A DNA stretch of 64,000 nt from the human T2T-CHM13v2.0 reference genome, Homo sapiens: assembly GCF_009914755.1 (NCBI RefSeq), contig NC_060928.1. The stretch is one strand, 5' to 3'. A model generated the notes under the pieces. The model worked only from the letters and a program-made list of their open reading frames with translations, was not told the DNA's origin and searched no databases. Below, one piece after another: positions 13,326 through 24,529 of this stretch (positions are counted from its first letter, which is position 1; every line of letters begins with the position of its first letter). The position numbers and the translations under genes were made by a program.

Positions 13326-13666
13326 TGTTAACAGTGGAGGGTGTCCAGGTTCTTGGCATCTTGAACAAAGAATTGGACAAAACGCACAAACAAAGCAAAG
13401 AAGGAATGAAGGGATTTATTGACAATGAAAGTACATTCCACAGTGTAGGAGCAGGCCCAAGCATAAGGGCTCAATAGCCCTGCTACAGAATTCTTGGGAG
13501 TTTAAATGCCCTTTACTTGGGGTACACCTATGTAAATGAAGAGGATGAAGTAAAGTTCCAAAGTCATTTACTCAGTGTATGCCCTATAGAAAGGTTATTT
13601 CTTGTCATAGCTGAAGTGTGAATCGGCCTTCTGTTCCTGGCCTCCAGACCCTATTTTCCTGCCTCA
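13326..13666 (-). mobile_element. Solo ERV1 LTR, MER61-like
   Basis: Reverse strand TGAGGCAGGAAAATAGGGTCTGGAGG...GAACCTGGACACCCTCCACTGTTAACA; TG..CA termini; AATAAA. Confidence 0.85.
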
Positions 13667-14672
13667 AAATGGTGCCAAGTTACTCTGATAGGTTGAAGTT
13701 CACAGTTTCTTCAGCATAGCCATGCCTGTATTGACATTACCCTTGATTTCCTGCATCTTTTAAAGTAAATAGTTTGTTTATTAGGCTTAGGTTTTGTTTA
13801 CGTTTTCATTACGGAAATATTATTTGCACAGAGCAGTCCTCGGAGCATTCAGTAAAACACCAGCGCACAGTCGTCCTAATGTGTGCCTTACTCTCAGCTT
13901 ATAAGGTGACTGTGAAAATAGTAATAACTTTATCCAGTCCTCCATTTTAGATCAAGAAAGATATGCTCTGCCCTTCAGCATTCCCAGAGAGACTACTTGA
14001 GGTGACATGATCAACTCTTTTGAGTCTTTCAAAGTAAAGAAAATTTCACTGTAATTATGAAAGTCAGGCCTAGATCAGGCTGTGAAGTAACAAGTCTGTC
14101 TTTAAGTTATTCTGTCTCTCATTTCACTTATATAAAGTTAGAAAAGATAACATACTGTAGAAATAATTATCTTTGATTGTGTAGGTGGGGAGATGCTTTT
14201 GGACAATGGGCTATTTGTGACTCACTCAGGAATACTGCCAAAAAATGTGTTCTGCCATTTATACAGCATAGAAAAATATCTCCCCACACAATCATGTGAG
14301 AAAGATGATTAAGAGTTGTTTATACTGCAAAGAACCAATATTAAAAATGGGCATGATACTATTCAACAGACTTTAGAGTGAAGTGCTCTGCAAAGAAGAT
14401 AGCTTGTGAATCTCAACTTTCTCCCTGTTTTTCTTCATTCTAACTTGGAATCTTCATAAGGTTTTATATTTTCCACGACTTTGCTATTTCTTAATGACCT
14501 TCCTTGGTTTTATTCTGTATAGTGCATTGCAATGCCCTCCACTATATTCAGGAAATTTTCACATTTTAAGAGACAGTTTATGGACTTTGTACTTTAGCAC
14601 CTTATCTAAGTAAGGGATAGAAACAAGAAAGTTCTCAAGTTTGTCTCTAAATGAAAAGTTTTGATGTGTGGC

Positions 14673-15101
14673 TATGATGGTTAATACCGAGTGTCAGCTT
14701 GATTGGATTGAAGGATACAAAGTATTGATCTGGGTGTGTCTGTGTGGATGTTGCCAAAAGAGATTAAAATGTGAGTCAGTGGTCTGAGGAAGGCAGATTC
14801 ACCCTTAATCTGGTGGGCATAATCTAATCAGCTGTCAGCGAATATAAAGCAAGCAGAAAAACGTGACAAGATAAGACAGGCCTAGCCTCGCTGCCTACAT
14901 CTTTCTCCCATGCTAGATGCTTCCTGACCTCAAAAATCAGACTCCAAGTTCTTCAGTTTTGGAAGTTGGACTGGCTCTCCTTGCTCCTTAACTTGCAGAC
15001 AGCCTATTGTGGGACCTTGTGATCAGGTAAGTTAATACTTAATAAACTACCCTTTATATATCCTATCAGTCCTGTCCCTCTAGAGAACCCTGAGTGATAC
15101 A
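14673..15101 (+). promoter_or_regulatory. MLT2A1-like 5' LTR with DUX4-type motifs, TATA-like box and splice donor
   Basis: ~430 bp; TGATTGGATTGA at ~14700; TAATCTAATCA 14820-14830; TATAAA 14843-14848; CAG|GTAAGT 15024-15032; AATAAA 15041. Activity not shown. Confidence 0.75.
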
Positions 15102-15134
15102 GATTTTGGTACCAGAAGTGGTTTAGTACCAGGA

Positions 15135-16711
15135 GTGGTACCAGGCAAAGAGTTTAGTGACTCCATATATAATACATTTGATCATATGTGGAGAAACAAG
15201 GAACATAATGCAGCCGGTTGTATACTGCTAAGTTCAGTGAACAAAGTGATCAAAGAAAATGATGAAATCAGGGATTCTGTCTCCCTGGTTCAGAAGCAGA
15301 TACTGAGCCTCAAGTCTGCTAAGATTGCCCTGAGTGAGAGTCTTATCTCCTGTGAAGAAAGCCCTGAAACTGTGGAAAAACAGACCCAAGTTCTTACCAT
15401 GCAAGTGGCTGACCTGCAATGAAAGATGCATGCACAGCCTAATCAGGTGTCTACTGTTAAAGTGAGGGCATCGATTGGAAAAGAATGGGACCCTGCAACT
15501 TGGAATGGAGATGTGTGAGAGGACCCTAATGAAGCTGGGGACACTGAGTTTGTAAACTGATGAACTTTTTTTGCCAGAAGGAGCAGCTTCCCCATTACCA
15601 GTAGTGGCAACATCCCCCCATCCCCCCACCCCACTGACCCATGCTGCCATCAGCTTTTCTATCTTTGTCTGAGGAGATAAACCCTGTGCTTCCTGAGGCA
15701 ATAGTGCTGGCCTTTCCTGAGGCAGTTGCCAGGTAAGATAATGTTGATTCTCCTCAGGAACCACCCCCAACATCCCTGTTTGCTTCTAGATCTATAACTG
15801 GACTAAAGTCCTAGTAGGCCCCTAGAGGTAAGTTGAGAGTGTGACCCATGAGAAGGTGCACTACAGTCAAAAAGAACTGTTTGAGTTCTCTATATAAGCA
15901 GAAATCAAGAGAACAGGCATGGGAAAGGATATTAAGGGTATGGGATAATGGTGGAAGGAACATAGAGTTGGATCAGGCTGAATTTATTGATTTGGGCCCA
16001 CTAAGTAGGGACTCTGCTTTTAATGTTGCAGCTCAGGTAGTTAAAAATGTTTCTAATAGTTTATTTGCTTGGTTCGCTGAAATATGGATTAAAAGATGGC
16101 CCACTGTGAGGGAGCTGGAAATGCCTGATCTCTCTTGGTTTAATGCAGAGGAAGGGATTTAAAGGCTTAGGGAGATTGGGATGGTGGAGTCGATTAGTCA
16201 TCTTAGACCTACTCGTCCCAGCCGGGAGGGTCCAGAAGATATACCCTTCACCAATGCCTTGCAAAATAGATTTGCGAGAGCAGCACCTGCATCTTTTAAG
16301 AACCCTGTAATTGCTCTTCTCTGTATATCAGACCTAACAGTGGGAACTGCAGTAACTCAACTACAAAATTTAAATACAATAGGAATAATTGGATCCTGAG
16401 GTGGCAGGGACCAAGTGGCAGCACTCAACTGTGAAAGACAAGGTGGGCATATCTACTGTAATAGACAGCAGAGGCAAAGCGGCAATCAGAATAATCTGAC
16501 TTGTGTAGAGCTCTGGCATTGGCTAATTAGACACTGTGTTCCTAGAAGTGAAATTGATAGGAAGCCTACTGCATTCTTAGTTAATTTATACAAGCAGAAA
16601 ACTTCTAGGTCGAATGGATACAAGACTAATTTGATTACAAAAACAGAATCACCGTCCCTCAATCGATTTCCAGACTTGAGCAAGTTTACAGACCCAAAAC
16701 CCCTTGAATGA
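15135..16711 (+). pseudogene. gag: HERV-L gag remnant (frameshifts and stops)
   Basis: Fragments ..KENDEIRDS..LKSAKIALSESLIS.. and LYKQKSREQAWERILRVWDNGGRNIELDQAEFID, typical of ERVL gag (Fv1-related family). Confidence 0.9.
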
Positions 16712-16729
16712 AGGGGATGCTGGGTCCCC

Positions 16730-19700
16730 TTGAGGAAGGACCCCACTACACCACCAACAATTCATGCAGTGAATCTTTCTCCCATCCTTCCCCAAGGAGA
16801 CCTCTGGCCTTTTAGCAGGGTAAGTGTGCATTGGGGAAAGGGAAATTGTCAGATATTTCAGGGACTACTTGACACTGGCTCTGAGCTGATGTTGATTAAA
16901 GGGGAGCCAAAATGTCATTGTGGTCCTCTAGTTAAAGTAGGGGCTTATGGAAATCAGGGAATTAATGGAGTTTTAGCTCAGGTCTGGCTTACAGTAGGTC
17001 TCTGGACTCATCCTGTGGTCATTTCTCCAGTGCCAGAATGCATAATTGGCATAGACATACTTAGCACCTGAGAGAACCCCCACATTGGCTTCCTGACGGG
17101 TAAGGTGAGGGCTATTATAGTGGGAAAGGGCAAATGGAAGCCATTAGAGCTGCCTCTACCTAGAAAAATAGTAAACAAAACCAATATTCCATCCCTGGAA
17201 GGATTGCAAAGATTACTGCCACCACCAAGGACTTGAAAGATGCAGGGGTAGTGATTACCACATCCCCATTCATCTCTCCCATTTGACCTGTGCAGAAGAC
17301 AGATGAATCTTGGAGAAGGACAGTGGATTATCATAAGCTTAACCAAGTAGTGACTCCAGTTGCAGCTGCTGTACCAGTTGCGGTTTCATTGCTTGAACAA
17401 ATTAACACATCTCCTGATACCTGGTATGTAGCCATTGTCTTGGCAAATGCATTTTCTCCATTCCTATCCATAAGGCCACCAGAAGCAACTTGCATTCAGC
17501 TGGTAGGGTCAGCAATATACATTTACTGTTCTACCTCAGGAGTATATCAACTCTTCAGCTTTGTGCCATAATCTTATTTGGAGAGAACTTGATCGCTTTT
17601 TGCTTCTGCAATATATAACACTGGTCTATAACATTGATGACATTATGCTGATTGGAAGGAATCCTTGAGGAAGAAGTAGTAAACACACTGAACTTATTGG
17701 TCAGATATTTTCATGCCAGAGGAGGGGAAATACATCTGACTAAACTTCAGGGAACCGTCAACCTCAGTAAAATTTCTAGGGGTCCAGTGGTGTGGGCCCT
17801 GTCTAGATATTCCTTGTAAGGTGAAGGATAAGTTGCTGCATTTGGCCTCTCCTACAACCAAGAAAGAGGGACAACACTTAGTGGACCAATTTGGATTTTG
17901 GAGGCAACATATTCCTCATTTGGGTGTGTTACTCCAGCCCATTTATCCAGTGACCCGAAAGGCTGCCAGTTTTGGGTGGCATCCAGGACAGGAGAAGGCT
18001 CTGCAACAGGTCCAGGCTGCTGTGTGAGCTGCTCTGCCACCTGAGGCATATGACCCAACAGATCCAATGATGCTTGAGGTGTCAGTGGCAGACAAGGCTG
18101 CTGTTTGGAGCCTTTGGCAGGCCCCCAAAGGTGAATCACACCAGAGGCCTCTAGGATTTTGGAGCAAGGCCCTGCCATCTTCTGCAGATAACTGCCCTCC
18201 TTTTGAGAGGCAGCTCTTGGCCTGTTACTGGGCTCTGGTAGAAACTGAACATTTGATAATGGGTCAAATGCGACCCAAGTCACCATGCGACCTGAACGGC
18301 CTATCATGAACTGAGTGCTTTCTGACCCATCTAACCATGAAGTGGGTCATGCACAGCAGCATTCCATCATCAAATGGAAGTGGTATATATGTGATCGGGC
18401 TCGAGCAGGTCCTGAAGACACAAGTAAGTTACATGAGGAAGTGGCTCAAATGCCCATGTTCTCCACTCCTGCCTACCTGCCTACTCTTCCTCAGCCTGCA
18501 CCAGTGGCCTCATGGGGAGTTCCCTATGATCAGTTGACAGAGGAAGAGAAGACTAGGGCCTGGCTCACAGATGGTTCTGCACGATAAGCAGGCATAACCA
18601 GAAAGTGGACAGCTGCAGCACTATAGCCACTTTCTTGGAACTGAAGGACAGCAGTGAAGGGAAATCTTCCCAGTTGGCAGAATTTCAAGCAGTGCACTGG
18701 GCTGTGCACTTTTCATGAAAGGTGAAATGGCCAGATGTGCAATTATATACTGATTCATGGGCTGTAGCCAATGGTTTGGCTGGATGGTCAGGGACTTGGA
18801 AGAAGCATGACTGGAAAATTGGTGACAAAATTGGGGAAAAGGTATGTGGTTGGACCTCTCTAAGTGGTAAAAAACTGTGAAGATATTTGTATCCCATGTG
18901 AGTGCTCACCAACGGATGATGTCAGCAGAAGAGGATTTTACTAATCAAGTGGATACGATGACATGTTCTATGGACACCACTCAGCCTCTTTCCTCAGCTA
19001 CTCCTATCATCACTCAGTGGGCCCATGAACAAAGTGGCCATGATGGCAGGGATGGAGGTTATGCATGGGCTCAGCAACATGGACTTCCACTCACCAAGAC
19101 TGACCTGGCTACAGCCATTGCTGAGTGCCCAATTTGCCAGCCACAGAGACCAACACTGAACCTTTGATATGGCACCATTTCTTGGGGTGATCAGCCAACT
19201 ATCTAGTGGCAGGTTGATTTTATTGGACCTTGTCCATCATTGAAAGGTGAGAGAATTGTCCTCACTGGAATAGACACTTACTCCGGATACAGGTTTGCCT
19301 ATCCCACACGCAATGAATCTGCCAAGACTGCTGTCTGTGGACTCACAGAATGTCTTATCCACCATCACGGTATTCCACGCAGCATTGCCTCTGACCAAGG
19401 CACTCACTTCACAGCTAAAGAAGTGTGGCAGTGGGCTCATGCTCATGGAATTACTGGTCATACCATGTTCTTCATCATCCTGAAGCAGCTAGATTGATAG
19501 AACAGTGGACTGGTGTTTTGAAATCACAATAAGGCCAACTAGGCGACAATACTTTGCAGAGCTGGAGCATAGTTCTTTAGAAGGCCATGTGTGCTCAGAA
19601 TCAGCATCCAATACATGGTATTTTTTCTCCCATAGCCAGGATTCATGGGTCCAGGAATCAAGGGGTGGATGTGGAAGTGGCACCACTCACCATCACCCCT

Positions 19701-19810
19701 AGTGATCCACTAACAAAATTTTTGCTTCCTGTTACTGCGACATTACATTCTGCTGGCCTAGAGGTCTTAGTTCCAGAGGAAGGAACACTGCCACCAGGAG
19801 ACACAACAAT
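16730..19810 (+). pseudogene. pol: HERV-L pro-pol remnant (protease, RT, RNase H, integrase, start of dUTPase)
   Basis: LLDTGSE (protease); [11 protein letters not shown] (RT); TDGSA (RNase H); HEQSGH..CPIC, IDTYSG and SDQGTHF (integrase); many stops. Confidence 0.92.
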
Positions 19811-20059
19811 ATATATCTCCTATTAGTTCTGTCCCTCTGGAGAACCCTGACTAGTACAGTGACTATTGGAGAACACATATGCTCTTAAAATATGGGATGC
19901 AAAGCAGTTTGGGAGGATTGCAGATTGTAAATTAATTGCTAAGACTTTAGATCATGAAATGCTAATAAAAAAATCAGTATTTCCCAAAAATTTAACATTA
20001 AAGCCTGCATTTTGGTTAAGGACTCTAGCTAGTTTTTCATAAGGTGATATTAAAAATAG

Positions 20060-21310
20060 TTAACATTTGTTAAAGGTTTACTATATGTCAGGGATAGTTC
20101 TCAGCATGTTGCATGTATTAACTTATTTAATTCTTATAATAACATGATGAGGTATGTACTGTAAACCAAAAGTAAAATCCTAAGCCCCGCAACGAACTCA
20201 ACAGACCCCTTCTTGTACAAGGAGACCCCAGAGAAACCCCAAAGTCTCAATTCCTGGCCATGACAAGAAGACAGGTTGGATATGCCTTGTAAACTCACTC
20301 CCTTTTGGAGTTAGATAAAACTGACCAGAATTAAGGATAAAATACAGATCACAAGTCTGACAAAACAGACTCTTTGTGGCAATAAGATACTAAATTATGA
20401 ACAGGACTTAAGACCTTGCAAGGCAATGGTTAAGTCATGCCCTACCAACCATAAAATCTCATTAAATGTTTTTCTTTTAAATTAACCCAGTAAAATGTGG
20501 CTTACTTTCCAAACGGACTCATATAAAACCACATGAAAGATAGCAGACCCTGAAGGAAATCAAAATATTTTACCCCAAAATGTATTTTTAACACATTTTG
20601 AAATGACCCTGCAAAGCCATCTTTTGTGGGAAAAACTTGCATCATTAAATCTCCATCAATGCTTCCAGGCTTTTCCTTACTAAGACTTTCCCAGGTGTAG
20701 TAAAGATTAATTGAGAGTCTGACAACTATGAAGTCTGAAAAGAATCATTTACCATCTATTCTATCTGAGGGCAGCTACCTATGAAGCTTCATCTACATAA
20801 CAAGAGCCTTGGCTCCCCACAACTCCCAACCATTCCTTTCTACTGACTTCAAGCATAACTCTCTCAACCAATTGTCAACTAAAGAATCCCCAAAATCCAC
20901 CTATAACGTGTAATCCTCCCCACCCATCTCACGCCCACCCCCACCATCAAGAGATGTCCTGCCTTTTGGGGCTGAACCAAGGTATAGCTTTCATGTATTG
21001 ATTGATATCTTTGCATGTAATTCCTATCCCCCCAAAATGTGTAAAACCAAATTGTAACCCAACCACTTTGAGCACACTTTCACGTGACTTCTTGAAACTG
21101 TTCCCCAGGACAGGGTCACTCATATTGGCTCAGAATAAACCTCTTTACAATATTTTACAGAGTTTTGTTTTTCAATTAGCTGTACTATAATAATTATTTC
21201 CATTTGGATATAAATTGAAGCACAGAAGGATTAAGTTATCTGCCAGTGTTATTCATCCAGGGTCGAATCTAAGCAATTTGGTTTTATTTCCAGTGTTCTT
21301 GTCCACTATG
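20060..21310 (-). mobile_element. MIR split by the MER4D-like LTR (parts ~20060-20159 and ~21186-21310)
   Basis: ttactatatgtcagg..atttaattcttataataacatgatgaggt continues as ..aaattgaagcacagaaggattaagttatctgcc after the LTR. Confidence 0.65.
20160..21181 (+). mobile_element. Solo ERV1 LTR, MER4D-like
   Basis: TGTAAACCAAAAGTAAAATCCTAAGCCCC start; GGCTCAGAATAAACCTCTTT near the end; 4-bp TSD GTAC (20156-20159 and 21182-21185). Confidence 0.85.
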
Positions 21311-21446
21311 TAAAACTTTCCAAGAGATGAGAATTATTTTAGAAACAGGGACAAAGTAACTGCTGGGAATCTGGATACAATATCGTAGTGGTGGGCTGAA
21401 GCTCATTGCCATCATCTTAATGAAAATCTCCTTCTCCAAATCACAA

Positions 21447-22112
21447 CATTACCAGTGGTGAATCTGGCACATCTGCAACAAACTCCATCCCTGCCTCCTT
21501 AGAGGAAAGAATTTGGCTGAAGGACATGAGGCAGAGTGAGAGACTGAGGCAAGTTTTCGAGCAGGAGTGAAAGTTTATTAAAAATTTTAGAGCAGGAACA
21601 AAAGGAAGCAAAGTACCCTAGGAAGAAGGCCAGGTGGGTCTCTTCAGATATCCAAGTGCCCTGCTCAACTCTTTACTTGGAGTTTTATACAGTGACATGG
21701 TTCTGGGATTTGTATTTCTCCTCCCTTGATTTTTCCCTTGGGGCAGGCTGTCACGCACGTTAGCCTGCCAGCTCTTGGGAGGGGCTGCATGCACAGTGTG
21801 TTTACTGAAGTTGTGCACATGCTCATTTGAGGCATTTTTCCCCCACCAGTCAAGTGTCCCTAGAGAAAGGTCATATACCAGTTAAACTCTATCATCTTGC
21901 CTAGATATGCATGCTTGAGCCCACTTGCCCACCTCCTGAGATCTTACAGAGAAGCTGCTGATCATCAGCTCCAGGTGTTTTTTATCTACAGGGACACTGT
22001 CTCTCCCTGGCACCAGCTGCAACCTGACTATGACCCGATGATCACCTGACATTCCTGGGTGGTGAGGACCCTCTCCTCCCTGCTTATGTCTGCTTAGCTA
22101 TCTACTCTAACA
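21447..22112 (-). mobile_element. Solo ERV1 LTR, MER50-like
   Basis: Reverse strand TGTTAGAGTAGATAGCTAAGCAGACATAAGCAGGG..CAGGAATGTCAGG matches the recalled MER50 5' end. Confidence 0.8.
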
Positions 22113-24529
22113 ATACCTGAATCCTGGGCCAGTCTGTCCTCAGAAGCCTCCACTATCCATGGAATACATACCATTCCTTGGAGGTCTGTGAACCAGACTG
22201 CCTTCTTTGTATGTCCCCAGATGCCTAAGTGACATAAAAAATAAAGTATGGCATTAGAAAAATTAGGGAAATTTACATTTCATTTGCTTAGCTATCATCA
22301 TCTGAAATGTGTGGCATTTAAAATCTGAAGTTTTTGAATTTTATACATATATGGTGAAAACTCTGCAGAGAAAATTTATAGTATAAATAAGATTCCAATG
22401 AGGATATTTAACATTAGAAGAGTAATATATCCATAGAAAGTAGGGATCCTGATATTAGTCACAAGTTGGCAAAAACCTTATTCCTGACCCTTCAAACATT
22501 ATTACTAATTGTAATATCTGATCCTTTTGTAAATATTTTTCCCAGACTTCTCACTTCCTTTTAATTTTAGACTTGCCTAGCTAAAGTTCCACTGCTTTCT
22601 GCTCACTCAATTTATACATGTTGCAAACTGGTAGCCTGCCATTCACCTACTGTGTATCTCAGAAAAATACACCTGTTCTGATAGTATTCTGTCTAAAGTT
22701 CCATCTTTTCTCTGTTTATCTTTTAGTATACACTTTGTAGCCAGGTTTTGCTTCTTCAGCTCCTTATACTTACCTAAAAACTTATTGGAAATGCAGTATG
22801 ATAGTATGTGATGACTTTCAGCAATTTTTACATCAAAATAGACAGAAAAATATAATATTTGTATACTCTGGGGTTATTTGATGAGACAGCTCATGTCAGA
22901 GACAATAAGCCAAGGATTCCAACAGCCCTAGGCTTTGTCTAGTTGATCTTAGGGCTGAAAGAATCAAATCAGCATAACATTCCACCTATTATTTGTTCCT
23001 ACACTTACTGAGAAGTCCTCATGTAGGGGCAAGAGTATGTTGTTTGAGGCCAGATAAATCAGGCTTTGCATTTTGACTTTGCTATGTCATAGCTCTGTGA
23101 TTGTGATAAAATGACAATATTCTATCTTCTGCTTTCTAAGCTATTAAATAGGAATAATAATATCCAGAGGGGAAATAATATTTCTGTGCCTTCTCCCACT
23201 AGTCCTATATCTGCCTATTCCTTTCCTGCTTCTCTTCTAGGATAGAAGTTGGCAATTCAGATGATGAGAGACCTAAGATATTCACTGGGCTATAATAGTA
23301 GTAGTTAAGTTTTAAAAACATTAGCATATATTCTATTTCCTGCCTTCTAATCTGTCTTCATCATGAAGTCAGAGTGGAGCCTTGAAAGCAGTTGATGGAA
23401 TGAAGACACAGCCAAATCAGATGTTTCTTCCCCTTAAAAGTTTGCCCAAAAAGACTACATTAAGTTTAAGGTATTTCATATTTGAATACCTACTATGTTA
23501 CAGATAAGATTTAAGTCATGAGAGATTGTTTAAGAAGTGAATGGAATTTAGCTTTTGCTCTTAATGAGCTTAGAATTTACCTAAGACCAGAAAATGAGAA
23601 CAATAATTGAAATAAAATTCCAAAATATAGTATCTAAGTGTTGATATAGAAGGGGGTTGGTGACATTGGAAACGCCTTTCCAGGCAGGAGTGGCTATAGC
23701 ACCAATACAGGTGGCCTACTGTATGCTTTCAATTTCTTTCTCTCCCTATTTGTGTCTGTACTCTTTTCCAGGGTAGGGGCTATTTCTGTTGTAAATTCCA
23801 GAATTTTGAAGTAAACAGAACTCTGTGAGGTTGTCCCTAGGCCCTTCAACTCAATGCTTCAGGCAAACATCTATACAGTATTCTCCTAGTACAATGTCTC
23901 ATTTGACCTGGGGCTTTTCTCCAAGGCTTACTAAGATCCTCAGGCTACATATTGGAAAGTGAGTGGTACTTTAGTCCCAGATTGCATTTATTCAAGTTTC
24001 TTCAGTCTTGTTGAGTGTTCTAGTGTACTCCCATAGAAGGGAAGAAGGACACAGTACCTCTTCTCAAAGTCACATACAAGTGGCTTTCCCTCTTGTTCTA
24101 ATCCTATTTCAGGTAGCCTGGGCAGAATTATCTTGTTGCTTTCCTGTTCACTGTTGATGGCACACACTTCATACTACTATTCTTAAAGAGCTAATATTTG
24201 ACAAGCAAAGCAAGGCTTTAGAACTCATACCATCTCCTATTCTAAAAGCCTACTTCTTACAACTCAAACTGCTATGCTTTTCCAATGACATACAAATATG
24301 GAAGGTAAATTTGGGAGAAGATCTTGATTGGTATTCAAGTATCTTCCCTCAAATTTAACATACACACATGCAAAATAATAGGATTCACTACTGATTCCCA
24401 GGAAGGTCAACTCATGCTGAGTTTGATAAGTAAGCTTCTCAGATCTAGAGAGAAAGTCAAAATATGATTTTATAGAAATGAAAGTAGGAGTACATTTCAA
24501 GGAGATAGTGTTCAGCAGGAAGGAAAAAA

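Larger units (their letters stand above)
14673..19858 (+). mobile_element. HERV-L provirus 1 (MLT2A1-like 5' LTR, gag-pro-pol, 3' end largely deleted)
   Basis: LTR followed by GATTTTGGTACCAG, gag/pro/RT/RNaseH/IN remnants, last ~50 bp of the 3' LTR; 5-bp flanks GTGGC/GTGAC. Confidence 0.95.
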
